Positions 50,127-61,467 of a stretch of DNA of 64,000 nt are shown here, piece after piece; positions within the stretch are counted from its first letter, which is position 1, and each line of letters starts with the position of its first letter. This DNA is from an uncultured delta proteobacterium (GTDB taxonomy: Bacteria > Myxococcota_A > Polyangia > Polyangiales > Polyangiaceae). The translations under genes were made by a program, and so were the position numbers. Under the pieces are notes generated by a model. The model saw nothing but the letters and a program-made list of their open reading frames with translations, was not told where the DNA came from and did no database searches. Location: contig CAWAIF010000003.1 of assembly GCA_963782055.1 (NCBI GenBank), positions 1,888,001 to 1,952,000 on the forward strand, read 5' to 3'.

Positions 50127-50810
50127 TCAGCAGCCGCCGCAGCTCTCGCCGCAGAAGACCTGGGCCTCCTGCACGCACGTGGAGTCCCACGTGGTGGTGC
50201 AGCACCCCGTGTCTCCCAGGAAGTCGCAGATGAGGAAGGTGCAGGCGTCCGGGTCGCACGTGTCGGAGAGCGCGCCGCCGGTGACGCACGGCGAGTGCGT
50301 GCAGGTCCCCAGGTCCACCGTGCACGTCGTCGCGCAGGAGCCGCCGGTGCAGGTGCCGCTGCAGAAGGTGCCGCAACCCCCGCAGTTGTTGGGGTCGTTG
50401 CCCAGGACATCGGTGCAGGCGGAGTTGCAGCACTGATCGCTGCCGGTGCACGCGTTGCCGCACGTGCCGCAGTTGCTGGAGTCCGCGCTCGTGTCGATGC
50501 ACGAGCCGTTGCAGCACGCGCCGGAGGTACACTGCGTGTTGCAGTCGCCGCAGTGGTCCATGTCGGTCTGCAGGTCGACGCAGGTGTTGCCTCCGCACAT
50601 CTCGCAGCCGCCGCCGGAGTCGGTGGTGGTGCCGGAGTCCTTCTTGTTGCCGCCGGAGTCGAGCGTGCCCCCGCCGTCGACCTTGCCCCCGCCGTCGACC
50701 TTGCCGCCGTCGCCCGTGCCCGGGTCGTCGATCAGCACGCCTGTCGCGCACGCCGGCGCGCCCAGGAGCGCGACCAGCGCCAGCCCACCTGCCAGTCGAA
50801 AGACCTTCAT
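50127..50810 (-). CDS. Cys-rich repeat lipoprotein
   Basis: Signal with APAC, DGG/DSG linker repeats and three D..(N/H)CG.C repeats. Confidence 0.8.
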   Translation of the reverse strand: MKVFRLAGGLALVALLGAPACATGVLIDDPGTGDGGKVDGGGKVDGGGTLDSGGNKKDSGTTTDSGGGCEMCGGNTCVDLQTDMDHCGDCNTQCTSGACCNGSCIDTSADSSNCGTCGNACTGSDQCCNSACTDVLGNDPNNCGGCGTFCSGTCTGGSCATTCTVDLGTCTHSPCVTGGALSDTCDPDACTFLICDFLGDTGCCTTTWDSTCVQEAQVFCGESCGGC

Positions 50811-50887
50811 CGCCGCACCGCCTATCCCCATCGTGATGCTAGCGCAGACGGGGGGCAGGGGCAGGGCAATCTTTCCCAATCGGGCGG

Positions 50888-51775
50888 TCAGCGGAGGCCG
50901 AGCGCGCTCCAGTCCAGCTTGCCGTCGCGGACGGGGGGGCACCAGTAGTAGCCGCCGCTCACCGCGCGGGTGAAGCCAAGCAGGGCGTCCACCACGCCGT
51001 CGTCCAGGCCGGCCATGCGGCGGAGCACGCGCTCGTAGCGATCCGGCGAATCGCCGTAGGCGACGAACATCAGCCCCTGCTCCGCGACGCCGCCCCACGG
51101 CATCGAGCGGCGAACCATGAAGGCGGGGGGATCGAAGCCCTCCTGCTCGGTGCGCTTGACGTGCGCCGTCGGCGGGGCGTCGTCCATCTCCGCGTTGTCG
51201 CGGTTGCGGCGGCCGATCACCTGGTCGCGCGCCCCCGGGTCGAGCGCGGCGAGGCGCGCGAGGTCGTGCACGTAGCGCTGCACCCCGACGAAGGTGGAGC
51301 CGTCCAGACCCGGGCCCTCGTCCAGGACGATGGCCGCCTCGATCGCGGCCTCGCCCTCGGGGTTCGCGGTGCCGTCCAGGTAGCCGGACAGATCGCGCCC
51401 CTCGCGGTAGCGGAAGGTGGCCGTGTCCTCGCGGAGGCGGAAGCCCTCGCCGAGCGTGCTCGCCAGCGCCGTGGCGCGGTCGTAGACCTCGCCCGGCTGC
51501 TCGCCGCCGAGCAGGGCGACGAGCCCGCCCTGCGTGGAGGGGAAGGCGATGCCGGGGCCGCTCACCGCGGGAAAGGCGCGCAGGCCGGGCACCGTCGCGT
51601 CCATCCGTGCCACCAGGGGCAGCCCCACGCCCAGCACGCCGCGCGCCGGGTCGAACTCGTCACGGAGGCGCGCGAGCGCCGGTCGCGGGTCGATGTGCGT
51701 GTCGGTGTCGAAGACGAGCACGCGCCCCACTGCGGGGACGGGCCGCAGGACGGCGGCTTGCCAGAGGTGAGTCAT
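50888..51775 (-). CDS. DyP-type peroxidase
   Basis: RDLSGYLDGTANP (GxxDG), IGRR, AHVKR, RRSMPW and SGGYYWCPP. Confidence 0.92.
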   Translation of the reverse strand: MTHLWQAAVLRPVPAVGRVLVFDTDTHIDPRPALARLRDEFDPARGVLGVGLPLVARMDATVPGLRAFPAVSGPGIAFPSTQGGLVALLGGEQPGEVYDRATALASTLGEGFRLREDTATFRYREGRDLSGYLDGTANPEGEAAIEAAIVLDEGPGLDGSTFVGVQRYVHDLARLAALDPGARDQVIGRRNRDNAEMDDAPPTAHVKRTEQEGFDPPAFMVRRSMPWGGVAEQGLMFVAYGDSPDRYERVLRRMAGLDDGVVDALLGFTRAVSGGYYWCPPVRDGKLDWSALGLR

Positions 51776-51787
51776 GGCGCTGTCCTC

Positions 51788-53158
51788 TCAGGGCTTGGGG
51801 CCGATGACCTTTCGCATCGAGGCGGGAACCGCCGGCAGCGTCGCGGTGGGCAGGCGCGGCTTGGTCGGCGCCGGCGCCGGGACGGAGTCCTCGTCCTCGC
51901 GTCGCGGATCGCGCATCAGCGAGACGTAGCGGCCGATGGAGACCGACACGTCGCTCGGGGCGTCGACCAGCTCCAGGCCGATCGCCCACGCGCCCCACTG
52001 CTTGTCCGGGCGGGCGGCCTTCGCCCATCGCACCGTCGCCTGGCAGCTCGCGATGTGGCCCTCGATCGGCAGCGCGAAGCGCACGGTCACCTTCTCCCCG
52101 GCCGTCAGCGCCGTGGGCGCGAGCATCAGGATGCCGCCCTCCGAGATGTCCTCCGAGCGGCCGTCCACCGTGATGCCCGACGCGGTCACCACCCGCAGCG
52201 GCGTGAGGTAAGGCGCACGGGGGTGCTTGCGCACGTCCTGGGCCTGGGCAGGCCCCTCCAGGAGCTGCGTGCCGCGGCCGACGGCCGCCGGGATCGCGGC
52301 CCGAAGCTCGCGCCCGAGGGCGGCGGCGTCCGCCGGACGCTCCTCGCTGCGCTTGGAGATGGCCCGCTGCACGATGCCCGCGAGCGCAGGATCCACGCCG
52401 GGCACCAGCTCGCGCAGCGAGGGAGGCGGAACGTCCGGCGCGCACAGCGCGCGCACGATCTCGGCGTAGTTGCCCTCGTAGACGACGTGCCCGGTCAGGC
52501 ACTCGAAGAGGATGGCGCCGAGGGCGTAGACGTCCGCGCGGGCGTCCACGTCGCCGCCGGCGAACTGCTCCGGCGACATGTACGCCGGCGTCCCCACGAT
52601 CGCCCCGACCGCGGTGAGCTTGACCTCGCCGTCGGCGAGGGGCTGCTTGGACGTGCCGAAGTCGAGGAGCTTGATGCGCTCGTTGCCGGCCCCGTCGCGG
52701 TAGACCACCACGTTGCTCGGCTTGACGTCGCGGTGCACCACGCCTGCTACGTGGGCGACCGCGAGCGCGTCGCACAGGCCGAGCCCGAGCGCCACGGCGT
52801 CGACCGCGGGGAGCCTGCCTCGCGCCGCGAGCAGGCCCTCCAGCGTGCGGCCCTCCAGCAGCTCCAGCGCGACGTAGGGCCGGCCGTTGACCATGCCCGC
52901 GTCGAGCACCGAGACGATGCCCGGGTGCCGGAGGCGCGCGAGCACCCGGGCCTCGCGCAGCAGCCGCTCGCTCTGGGTCTCGAGGGCGAGCGGGTCCACG
53001 TTCGGTGCGACGATCTTGAGCGCGACCCGCTGCCGCAGGAGCACGTGCTGCGCCTCGTAGACCACGGCCTCCGTCCCGCGTCCGAGCATCCGCCGCAGCT
53101 CGTAACGGCCGTCGATGATGTCGCCGAGCTCGAGGGGCTTGGAGCTGGGTTCGCTCAT
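51788..53158 (-). CDS. Hanks-type Ser/Thr kinase with C-terminal PilZ domain
   Basis: VALK, HRDVKPSN, LLDFG and GTPAYMSPEQ; PilZ motifs RKHPR and DISEGG. Confidence 0.9.
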   Translation of the reverse strand: MSEPSSKPLELGDIIDGRYELRRMLGRGTEAVVYEAQHVLLRQRVALKIVAPNVDPLALETQSERLLREARVLARLRHPGIVSVLDAGMVNGRPYVALELLEGRTLEGLLAARGRLPAVDAVALGLGLCDALAVAHVAGVVHRDVKPSNVVVYRDGAGNERIKLLDFGTSKQPLADGEVKLTAVGAIVGTPAYMSPEQFAGGDVDARADVYALGAILFECLTGHVVYEGNYAEIVRALCAPDVPPPSLRELVPGVDPALAGIVQRAISKRSEERPADAAALGRELRAAIPAAVGRGTQLLEGPAQAQDVRKHPRAPYLTPLRVVTASGITVDGRSEDISEGGILMLAPTALTAGEKVTVRFALPIEGHIASCQATVRWAKAARPDKQWGAWAIGLELVDAPSDVSVSIGRYVSLMRDPRREDEDSVPAPAPTKPRLPTATLPAVPASMRKVIGPKP

Positions 53159-53169
53159 TTCGACACTCC

Positions 53170-54399
53170 TTACACTAACGCGGGAAAGGGCGGGCCCGGC
53201 CTGGCGAGGAGGTACCCCTGGATCCAGTCGCACCCTGCGCCGAGCAGAAAATCCAGCTCCTCGGTGGTCTCGACCCCCTCCGCCACCACCCGGACTCCCA
53301 GATCGTGACAGAGCTGGACGACGATGCCGACGAGCTTCTGCTTGGTCTTCTTCAGGTGTACGTCGCGAATGAGGCCCATGTCGAGCTTCACGACGTCTGG
53401 CTCCAGCGTCGCGAAGCAGGTGAGGCCCGCGTAGCCCGCCCCCAGGTCGTCCAGCGCGACGGCGTAGCCCAGGCCGCGGAGCCGCGCGACGCGCTCCATC
53501 ACGTCGGGGATGGCCTCGATCGACGCACGCTCGGTCAGCTCCAGCACGATGCGCCGCGCGTGCGGGGCGAACCCCTCGGTCCGCGAGTAGAGATCCTCGT
53601 CCAGCAGATCGTGCGGGTGGAGGTTCACGAAGACGAGCGCGTCCTCCGGCGCGCGCGCGAGGTCCTCGGCAATCCGCCGGCGGATGGCGCGTCCCAGCAC
53701 GTGCGTCGCCTGCAGCCGCTCAGCCGCGGCGAGCAGCGCGGGGGGAGTCGGGAGCGCCGGCTCGCGGCTGCGCAGCAGCGCCTCGAAGCCGACGATGCGC
53801 CTCTCGCGAGCGTCCACGATGGGCTGGTAGGCCATGTGGAACGTCTGCAGGGCAGACTGGAACACCCGATACGCCTCCCCGCGGCCCGAGGCCACCTTCT
53901 CCACGCCGCCGACCAGGGCGAGCGCCTCGCGCTTGGCGCGCGCCTCCCGCCCGCTCTTCACCGCCTCGTCCAGCGCGCCGACGAAGGTGAGGCCGTCGAT
54001 GGGCTTGACCAGACAGCGTCGCGCGCCGAGCTCCATCGCCCGCATCGCCGAGGCGAGGCTGGGGTCTCCCGCCATGATGATCACCGGCAGATCCTCCAGC
54101 TCGCGGCGCACGTGCTCGAGCAGGGTGAGGCCGTCGGTGCCCGGCATCGACAGGTCGGTGGACATCGCGTCGAACGTCTGCTCGCGCAGGGCGATCATCG
54201 CGCTCTCGGCGTCGAGGGCGGTCACCACCTCGAAGCCCTTGATCTCCAGCAGCCGGCGGAAGCTCTTGAGCACCGGCTCGTCGTCGTCGACGAGGAGGAT
54301 CCGCGGCCGCGAGGCGGGCTCGCTGGCGGCGTCCACCGGGCGGCTCCTCACGAAGGAGTCGGAGAGGGGGTTTGAAGACAGCTCCTTGGCGGCGATCAC
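53170..54399 (-). CDS. REC-EAL c-di-GMP phosphodiesterase
   Basis: ILLVDDD, TDLSMP; YQPIV, FEALLR, FVNL, LELTE, ALDDLGAGY, VKLD, AEGVET and IQGY. Confidence 0.93.
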   Translation of the reverse strand: MIAAKELSSNPLSDSFVRSRPVDAASEPASRPRILLVDDDEPVLKSFRRLLEIKGFEVVTALDAESAMIALREQTFDAMSTDLSMPGTDGLTLLEHVRRELEDLPVIIMAGDPSLASAMRAMELGARRCLVKPIDGLTFVGALDEAVKSGREARAKREALALVGGVEKVASGRGEAYRVFQSALQTFHMAYQPIVDARERRIVGFEALLRSREPALPTPPALLAAAERLQATHVLGRAIRRRIAEDLARAPEDALVFVNLHPHDLLDEDLYSRTEGFAPHARRIVLELTERASIEAIPDVMERVARLRGLGYAVALDDLGAGYAGLTCFATLEPDVVKLDMGLIRDVHLKKTKQKLVGIVVQLCHDLGVRVVAEGVETTEELDFLLGAGCDWIQGYLLARPGPPFPALV

Positions 54400-54521
54400 G
54401 TGCGGCTCCCATTTCCGGCCGGCAGCTCCGAAGCCACCGGCCTCATGGACATACGACCCGCCAGCGTGGCCGCCTTAGCGGCCCCCCCGTCATTTTGTAA
54501 AGACGAAGGATCTCGCGGGCT

Positions 54522-55343
54522 TCAGGGGACGCTTTCAGACCGGATCGCCGCCATCAGGGCCGCGTGCAGGCCCGGGCTGGAGGCGGTCACCACCTCCGAG
54601 CGGCTCACCGCGTCCGGCCCGCCCGCGTAGTCGGTCACGACGCCCCCCACCTCCTGCACCAGGACGATGCCCGCGGCCATGTCCCAGGGCTGCAGGCCGC
54701 GCTCGAAGAAGGCCTCCCCGCGCCCCGCCGCGACGTAGGCGAAGTCCAGCGCGGCCGCGCCGAGCCGCCGGATGCCGGCGACGCGCTTCATCACGCCGGC
54801 CAGCTCCCGCAGGTAGCGCTCGTGACCATCGCGGCCGAGGTGCGGGACGCCGGTGTGGACGACGGCGTGCTCCAGATCGCCGATGGTGGTGCCGGCGAGG
54901 CGCCTGTCGACCTGGCTGGAGCCCGGCGTCACCCGCCGCACCCACGCCCCCTGCCCGCGCTCGCCCCAGAAGAGCTCGCCCTTGACCGGGTCCAGGATGA
55001 CGCCCGCGGCGGGCCCGGCGTCGTCCCAGAAGGCAATCGAAATCGCCCAGTGCGGGATGCCGTGGAGGAAGTTGGTGGTTCCGTCCAGCGGGTCGATGAC
55101 GAAGCGGGCTCCTGTCGAGATGCGCCCCTCGCTCGTCTCCTCCGCCTGGAAGGGCACCCCCGGGTGGGCGTGGCCGAGCCGCTCCTTGATCACCGCCTCG
55201 GACCCCACGTCGGCCTGCGAGACGAAGTCGGACGGCCCCTTCTCGGAGACCGTGAGCGAGCCCAGCCGGGAGAAGCCGTCGAGCAGCACCGACGAGCCGG
55301 CGAGGGCCGCCTCGATCATGGAACGGATGAGGGAGGAGGGCAT
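54522..55343 (-). CDS. suhB: Inositol monophosphatase (SuhB family)
   Basis: DFVSQAD, AEE, IDPLDGTTNFLHG, RRLGAAALD and WDMAAG. Confidence 0.92.
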   Translation of the reverse strand: MPSSLIRSMIEAALAGSSVLLDGFSRLGSLTVSEKGPSDFVSQADVGSEAVIKERLGHAHPGVPFQAEETSEGRISTGARFVIDPLDGTTNFLHGIPHWAISIAFWDDAGPAAGVILDPVKGELFWGERGQGAWVRRVTPGSSQVDRRLAGTTIGDLEHAVVHTGVPHLGRDGHERYLRELAGVMKRVAGIRRLGAAALDFAYVAAGRGEAFFERGLQPWDMAAGIVLVQEVGGVVTDYAGGPDAVSRSEVVTASSPGLHAALMAAIRSESVP

Positions 55344-55451
55344 GGGGCGAGGACTTTACTGCGAAAACCGCCAGGCTGTATGCTCCCCCGCCTTGCCCGC
55401 CGTCCCGCCCCCTCGAGCCCGCCGTCCTGCCTGCCCCGCGAGGGAGCCACG

Positions 55452-57986
55452 ATGATCACCCCCGGGCAGCGCGGACCCGGCGAGGGGACGCGGGCGTTCG
55501 TCACCTTCGTGGTGCGCTGGGGGAAGGTGATCTGGGCGCTCGCCCTGATCCTGGCCATCCCCGCCACCTGGCGCACCGTCGAGCTGTACGCCAACCTCAA
55601 GAGCGACCTGGAGGAGCTGCTGCCGCGCGACTCGCCCAGCGTGCTCGCCCTGGACGAGATGCGCGCCCGCAACCCGGGCCTGCAGTACCTGGGCGTGGTC
55701 GTCGACACCGGGACGCCGGACAACCTCGCCGCGGGCGACAAGTTCCTGGACGACCTGGCCGCGCGCATCCGCACCTACCCGCCGGACATGGTGCGCGAGG
55801 TGCGCGTGGGCACGTCGGTGGAGCACGCCTTCATCGACGAGCACGCGCCGCTGTACGTCGACCTTCCCGACCTGAAGATCATCCGCAAGCGCATCGAGGC
55901 GCGCCGCGACTACGAGGTGTCCAACGCGACCGGGGTGTCGCTCGACGACGACGAGCCGCCGCCGAGCATCGACATGTCGGACATCGAGAAGAAGTACGAC
56001 GCGCGCATCGCCCGGCGAGGGCAGGGGGCCGAGGGGGACCGCTTCGCCAGCAAGGACAAGCACCTGACGATGCTCTTCGTCGAGGCGGGCGGCTTCTCCT
56101 CCGGCGCGGACAAGGCGCGTGCCCTGCTCGACCGCGTCAAGGGAGACGTCAACGCCCTCGGGGGCCCCGCCCACTACGCGCCCGGAATGCGCGTCGGCTA
56201 CGCGTCGGACGTCGCCATCTCGGTGGAGGAGCTGGAGGCGCTTCAGGCGGACCTCTCGCTCTCGTCCATCCTCGTCGTCTTCGCGGTGATGGCGGTGATC
56301 GTCATCTACTACCGGTGGTGGAAGGCCATCCCGGTGCTCATCCCGCCGCTCTTGCTCGCGGCGGTCTACGCCTTCGGGCTCGCCTCGCTGCCACCCTTCG
56401 GGGTCACCGAGCTCAACTCCAACACGGCGTTCCTGGGGTCGATCATCGTCGGCAACGGGATCAATTTCGGGCTCATCCTGCTCGCGCGCTACAAGGAAGA
56501 GCGGCGCAAGGGCAAGAGCGTGGACGAGGCGCTGGTCTGGGGCGTCTGGGGCGCGCGCGCGGGCACCCTGGCGGCGGCGCTGGCGGCGGGCGCGTCGTAC
56601 GCCTCGCTCATCATCACCGAGTTCCGCGGCTTCCGGCAGTTCGGCTTCATCGGCGGCCTCGGGATGGTCACCGCGTGGATGACGGCGTTCGTCCTGGTGC
56701 CCCCGCTGCTCAAGTGGATGGACAAGGAGCCGGACGCCGTCGTCGAGACGGGCCCCGACTCCACCCGCTCCGGCGGCAAGCGGCGCTTCAGCGTGATGCG
56801 CTACTTCGTGCACCTGGTGGAGAGCGCGCCGGGCGTGATCGTCGCGGTGACCATCGTGCTGACCGCGCTGTCGGCCTACAAGGTGTCGCGCTTCGACTCG
56901 TCGTACCTGGAGTACGACTTCAACAAGCTGCGCCGCTACGACACCTGGACCAACGGCGAGGGCTACTGGGGCCGCAAGATGGACAACTTGCTCGGCCACT
57001 ACCTCACGCCCACCATCCTGATGTTCGACACCCCCGAGCAGGCGACGGCCGCGGAGAAGCGCATCCGCGACTCCTTCCAGAAGGGGCGGCTCGGCCACTT
57101 CGTCGCCTCGGTCCGGGCGATGGACGATGTGCTGCCGCAGGACCAGGACGCCAAGATCAAGGAGGTGCGCGCCATCCGCGACGCGCTGACGCCGCGTGTG
57201 CGCGCGGCCATCCCCGACGACAAGCGCGCCCGGCTGGACGAGCTGCTGGGCGACGCGCACCTGACCAAGGTCGGGGTGGGGGACCTGCCCTCCACCTTCC
57301 TCACCGGCCTGCGCGAGCGCGACGGCACGGTGGGCCGGCAGGTGCTCGTCTACCCGCGGCCGAGCGAGGAGCTCTGGCACGCCGACGCCATGCACGAGTT
57401 CGTCGGCCTGCTGCGCGATCTCGCCAAGCAGGATGGCGGCAAGGCGGGGCGCGTGGCGGGATCCATCCCGCTGACCTCGGACATCGTGAAGTCCATCGCG
57501 CGCGACGCGCCGATCGCCAGCTTCGCCTCCTTCGCGGGGGTGGTGCTGGTGGTGCTGCTGGTGCTGCGCGCCAACAAGGCCTCGGCGTACGTCATCGGCT
57601 CGCTGGTGGTGGGCGTGCTGTGGATGGCGGCGGCGACGATGGCGCTCGGAGTGCGCGTCAACTTCGCCAACTTCATCGCCTTCCCCATCACCTTCGGGAT
57701 CGGCGTGGACTACGCCGTGAACGTGATGGCGCGCTATGTCCAGGACGGCGGGGGCGACGTGCGCGGCGCGATCCGCTCGACGGGCGGCGCGGTGGCGCTG
57801 TGCTCCACGACCACGATCATCGGCTACTCGTCGCTGCTGCTCGCGAAGACCAGGGCGCTGTTCTACTTCGGACTCGTCGCGGTGATGGGGGAGCTGGCGT
57901 GCATCACGACCGCGGTGATCGCGCTGCCGGCGCTGCTGCTGCTCGTGTCCAGGCTGAGGGGGCAGAAGGCGCAGCCGGAGGCGTGA
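55452..57986 (+). CDS. MMPL/RND-family lipid exporter
   Basis: Two TM+periplasmic halves with GNGINFGLILLARYKEE and FGIGVDYAVN. Confidence 0.9.
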   Translation: MITPGQRGPGEGTRAFVTFVVRWGKVIWALALILAIPATWRTVELYANLKSDLEELLPRDSPSVLALDEMRARNPGLQYLGVVVDTGTPDNLAAGDKFLDDLAARIRTYPPDMVREVRVGTSVEHAFIDEHAPLYVDLPDLKIIRKRIEARRDYEVSNATGVSLDDDEPPPSIDMSDIEKKYDARIARRGQGAEGDRFASKDKHLTMLFVEAGGFSSGADKARALLDRVKGDVNALGGPAHYAPGMRVGYASDVAISVEELEALQADLSLSSILVVFAVMAVIVIYYRWWKAIPVLIPPLLLAAVYAFGLASLPPFGVTELNSNTAFLGSIIVGNGINFGLILLARYKEERRKGKSVDEALVWGVWGARAGTLAAALAAGASYASLIITEFRGFRQFGFIGGLGMVTAWMTAFVLVPPLLKWMDKEPDAVVETGPDSTRSGGKRRFSVMRYFVHLVESAPGVIVAVTIVLTALSAYKVSRFDSSYLEYDFNKLRRYDTWTNGEGYWGRKMDNLLGHYLTPTILMFDTPEQATAAEKRIRDSFQKGRLGHFVASVRAMDDVLPQDQDAKIKEVRAIRDALTPRVRAAIPDDKRARLDELLGDAHLTKVGVGDLPSTFLTGLRERDGTVGRQVLVYPRPSEELWHADAMHEFVGLLRDLAKQDGGKAGRVAGSIPLTSDIVKSIARDAPIASFASFAGVVLVVLLVLRANKASAYVIGSLVVGVLWMAAATMALGVRVNFANFIAFPITFGIGVDYAVNVMARYVQDGGGDVRGAIRSTGGAVALCSTTTIIGYSSLLLAKTRALFYFGLVAVMGELACITTAVIALPALLLLVSRLRGQKAQPEA

Positions 57987-58023
57987 AGGGCGGGCGCACC
58001 GAGAAGACCCGCTGAAGGCGTGG

Positions 58024-58309
58024 ATGTGCGTGAGTGCCGCCTCGCAGGGCGCCGGCACGGGTCACCTTGCCTACCGGTTGTCGGTCCGCGGACTGGAAGA
58101 CTTCCGCTCCCTGTCGGCGGCGCCCCCGGGCGCGGACGTGGCCTATGACATCACGCTGGGGAAGCAGATCGCCGGCCTTCGCCTCGTGGGCGGCTCCCTG
58201 GAGCTGCTCGATGCCACCCCGCCCGGCGCGGGAGTGTGCACGGTGCACGTGACGTGGGACAATCAGGGCGTGGCCTTCGTGGACACGAGCAACCACGCCC
58301 ACTGCCTCG
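58024..58309 (+). pseudogene. Fragment of an unknown gene
   Basis: Coding-like frame (...AYRLSVRGLEDF...YDITLGKQIAGL...) that runs abruptly into an unrelated fragment. Confidence 0.35.
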
Positions 58310-58780
58310 CGGGCCGGCACGACGACGGCCTTCTACTCCGGCGACATCACGGCTTCCGGCGACTGGGAGGATTGCATCAAGGATGACGCCCTCATCCAGA
58401 TCGGGTGGTATTGCTACAACTCAAGCGGGACACTCCACGAGGTGGGGTTGCTCAGGGCAAATGATTGGGGTCTGTACGACATGCTCGGTAACTCGATCGA
58501 GTGGGTGCAAGATGGCTACCACGACCTGCCGGCCGACCCCGTAACCGACCCATACACGCCACAGCCTGGGTACGAGGCGACCAGTCGAGGTGGGGCATAC
58601 ACGCTTTGGGCGAGCAGGGAACGCGCGGCGAGTCGGAGCTTGGCGCCGCCGTTTGCACTTTCCGGCTTCCGTCTCGCGCGAACCCTCGCGTCCGGTGAAG
58701 ACGCCGGACCTGACCCGTTCCCCGACGCCGGCTACGACTGGGAGGCGGGGGCGAGTGCGCTGGACGCATCGCCGGAATGA
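58310..58780 (+). pseudogene. C-terminal fragment of a formylglycine-generating-enzyme (SUMF1/FGE-sulfatase) family protein
   Basis: RAGTTTAFYSG, GWYCYN, ANDWGLYDMLGN..EW, RGG and GFRLART; no N-terminus or start; lower GC. Confidence 0.75.
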
Positions 58781-58832
58781 CCGCCCGTGACGGCCTTGGA
58801 GCGTCTGGTCGCCACCCGGCCCCGGCGACCCC

Positions 58833-60152
<1,320 letters not shown>

Positions 60153-60189
60153 GCCGGGCGCCCGGACGAGAATACGTCCTTCGCGGGCG

Positions 60190-61272
60190 TCAGCGGCAAT
60201 CGTAGCGCTGGTAGACGACGCCGTTGTCGGTCATCTCGGCGTGGAGCACGCCCCCGCCGTCCAGCACCACGATCTCCTTGAACGTCTCCTCCGGCATGGT
60301 GTTGGCGGCGAACTGCACGTTGCCCAGCGGGTGCCCGTCGGACTCGGCGAGGCAGTAGAGCAGCACCATGGGGTTCTGGTCGCCGGGGGCGATCTCGCTG
60401 GCGAAGTAGATGACGCCCTGCCTGTCGGAGTCGAGGGCGAGCAGGTTGGCGACGTGCACGCCGAGCAAGAGCTCCCGGGTGAAGAGCGCGTCGCCGGTGG
60501 CGCGGGTGATGGCGCTGACCCACACGCGGCCCGCGGCGGCGTCGGTGATCCCCGCCGAGAGATACAGCTTGCCGTCGCGCGAGGGGCGCCCGGGGATCTC
60601 GCTGCGGTCGCCCGCGTTGCCGCTGGTGTCGCCCAGCTTCACCAGCGGGCCGTGCTCGCGCTCGGCGTAGACGTCGTCGCCGTCGGTGAAGAGGCCGGTG
60701 ACCGCGCCGCCCTCGTCGATGCCCTTGCCTTCGAGCGTCAGCGTCCCGCGGTCCTTGCCGTGCGGGCCGTAGAGGCGGACCTGCCTGTCGCCCAGCCGGT
60801 CCAGCACGGCGACGGTGCCGTCCTTGGCCACCGCGACGTCCTGCGCGCCGTCCAGATCGATGTCGGTGCTGCCCTCCACCGTCCCGTCCGGGCCGACGTG
60901 CACGATGCGGTGGTTGACCTGATCGAGGATGTCCACGCCGCCCTTGCCGTCGGCGGCGAGGCTCATCGGACCCTCCGGGTTGGCCTCCTTCGGGCGCTTG
61001 TGCCCCAGCTCGCCCTTGCCCGATCCCCAGCCGAAGGTGGCGAACTTGCCGCTCGTCGGTGACGGGGAGGTGTCGGCGTCGGCCATCGCCGCCAGCGCGC
61101 TCGTCCCCGTCGCCGGCGTCGAAGGTCGTCCGGCGGGTGGGAGATCGCGCGTGCTTGCGACGGTGCTCGCGACAGGTCGCGAGTCGCGATGAGCCGCCGT
61201 GGATCGCCAGATCCACACGATCACCGCGAGGAGGATCACCGCGGCCACGACGGCGACGACGCGCTTGGGCAT
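60190..61272 (-). CDS. Membrane-anchored beta-propeller (NHL/SGL-like) protein
   Basis: N-terminal TM helix; EGPMSLAAD...ILDQVNHRI and QDVAVAKDGTVAVLD blade repeats. Confidence 0.75.
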   Translation of the reverse strand: MPKRVVAVVAAVILLAVIVWIWRSTAAHRDSRPVASTVASTRDLPPAGRPSTPATGTSALAAMADADTSPSPTSGKFATFGWGSGKGELGHKRPKEANPEGPMSLAADGKGGVDILDQVNHRIVHVGPDGTVEGSTDIDLDGAQDVAVAKDGTVAVLDRLGDRQVRLYGPHGKDRGTLTLEGKGIDEGGAVTGLFTDGDDVYAEREHGPLVKLGDTSGNAGDRSEIPGRPSRDGKLYLSAGITDAAAGRVWVSAITRATGDALFTRELLLGVHVANLLALDSDRQGVIYFASEIAPGDQNPMVLLYCLAESDGHPLGNVQFAANTMPEETFKEIVVLDGGGVLHAEMTDNGVVYQRYDCR

Positions 61273-61352
61273 GGGCGTCACGGTGAGCACAAAGCGGACC
61301 GCCACGCCACACGGAGTTTCGGGGCCAGCTCGTCGGGCGCGCGGCGATCTAG

Positions 61353-61364
61353 TTGCAGAATACA
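61353..61364 (+). repeat. Dispersed motif TTGCANAATACA, copy 6 (intergenic, extended dyad TAGTTGCAGAATACAACTA)
   Basis: Exact match between divergent genes; TAGTTG/CAACTA arms at 61350-61368. Confidence 0.8.
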
Positions 61365-61438
61365 ACTATGATGGCGGTGTGCTCGCCTGTCAGGCGCCTG
61401 CACACATGGCGGTACACCTGCTTCCATGGGATTTTCGC

Positions 61439-61454
61439 TGGCACGAACCTCGCT
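61439..61454 (+). promoter_or_regulatory. Possible sigma-54 promoter
   Basis: TGGCACGAACCTCGCT versus consensus TGGCACG-N4-TTGCW; would give a very short leader before the ATG at 61468. Confidence 0.5.
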
Positions 61455-61467
61455 CTAAGAGGTGGCC

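Noticed and set aside
50888..51775. DyP as encapsulin cargo
   Set aside because: The C-terminus (DGKLDWSALGLR) is not a clear targeting peptide and no encapsulin gene is adjacent
58310..58780. Diversity-generating retroelement
   Set aside because: No reverse transcriptase, no template/variable repeat pair and no AAC-rich template in the window
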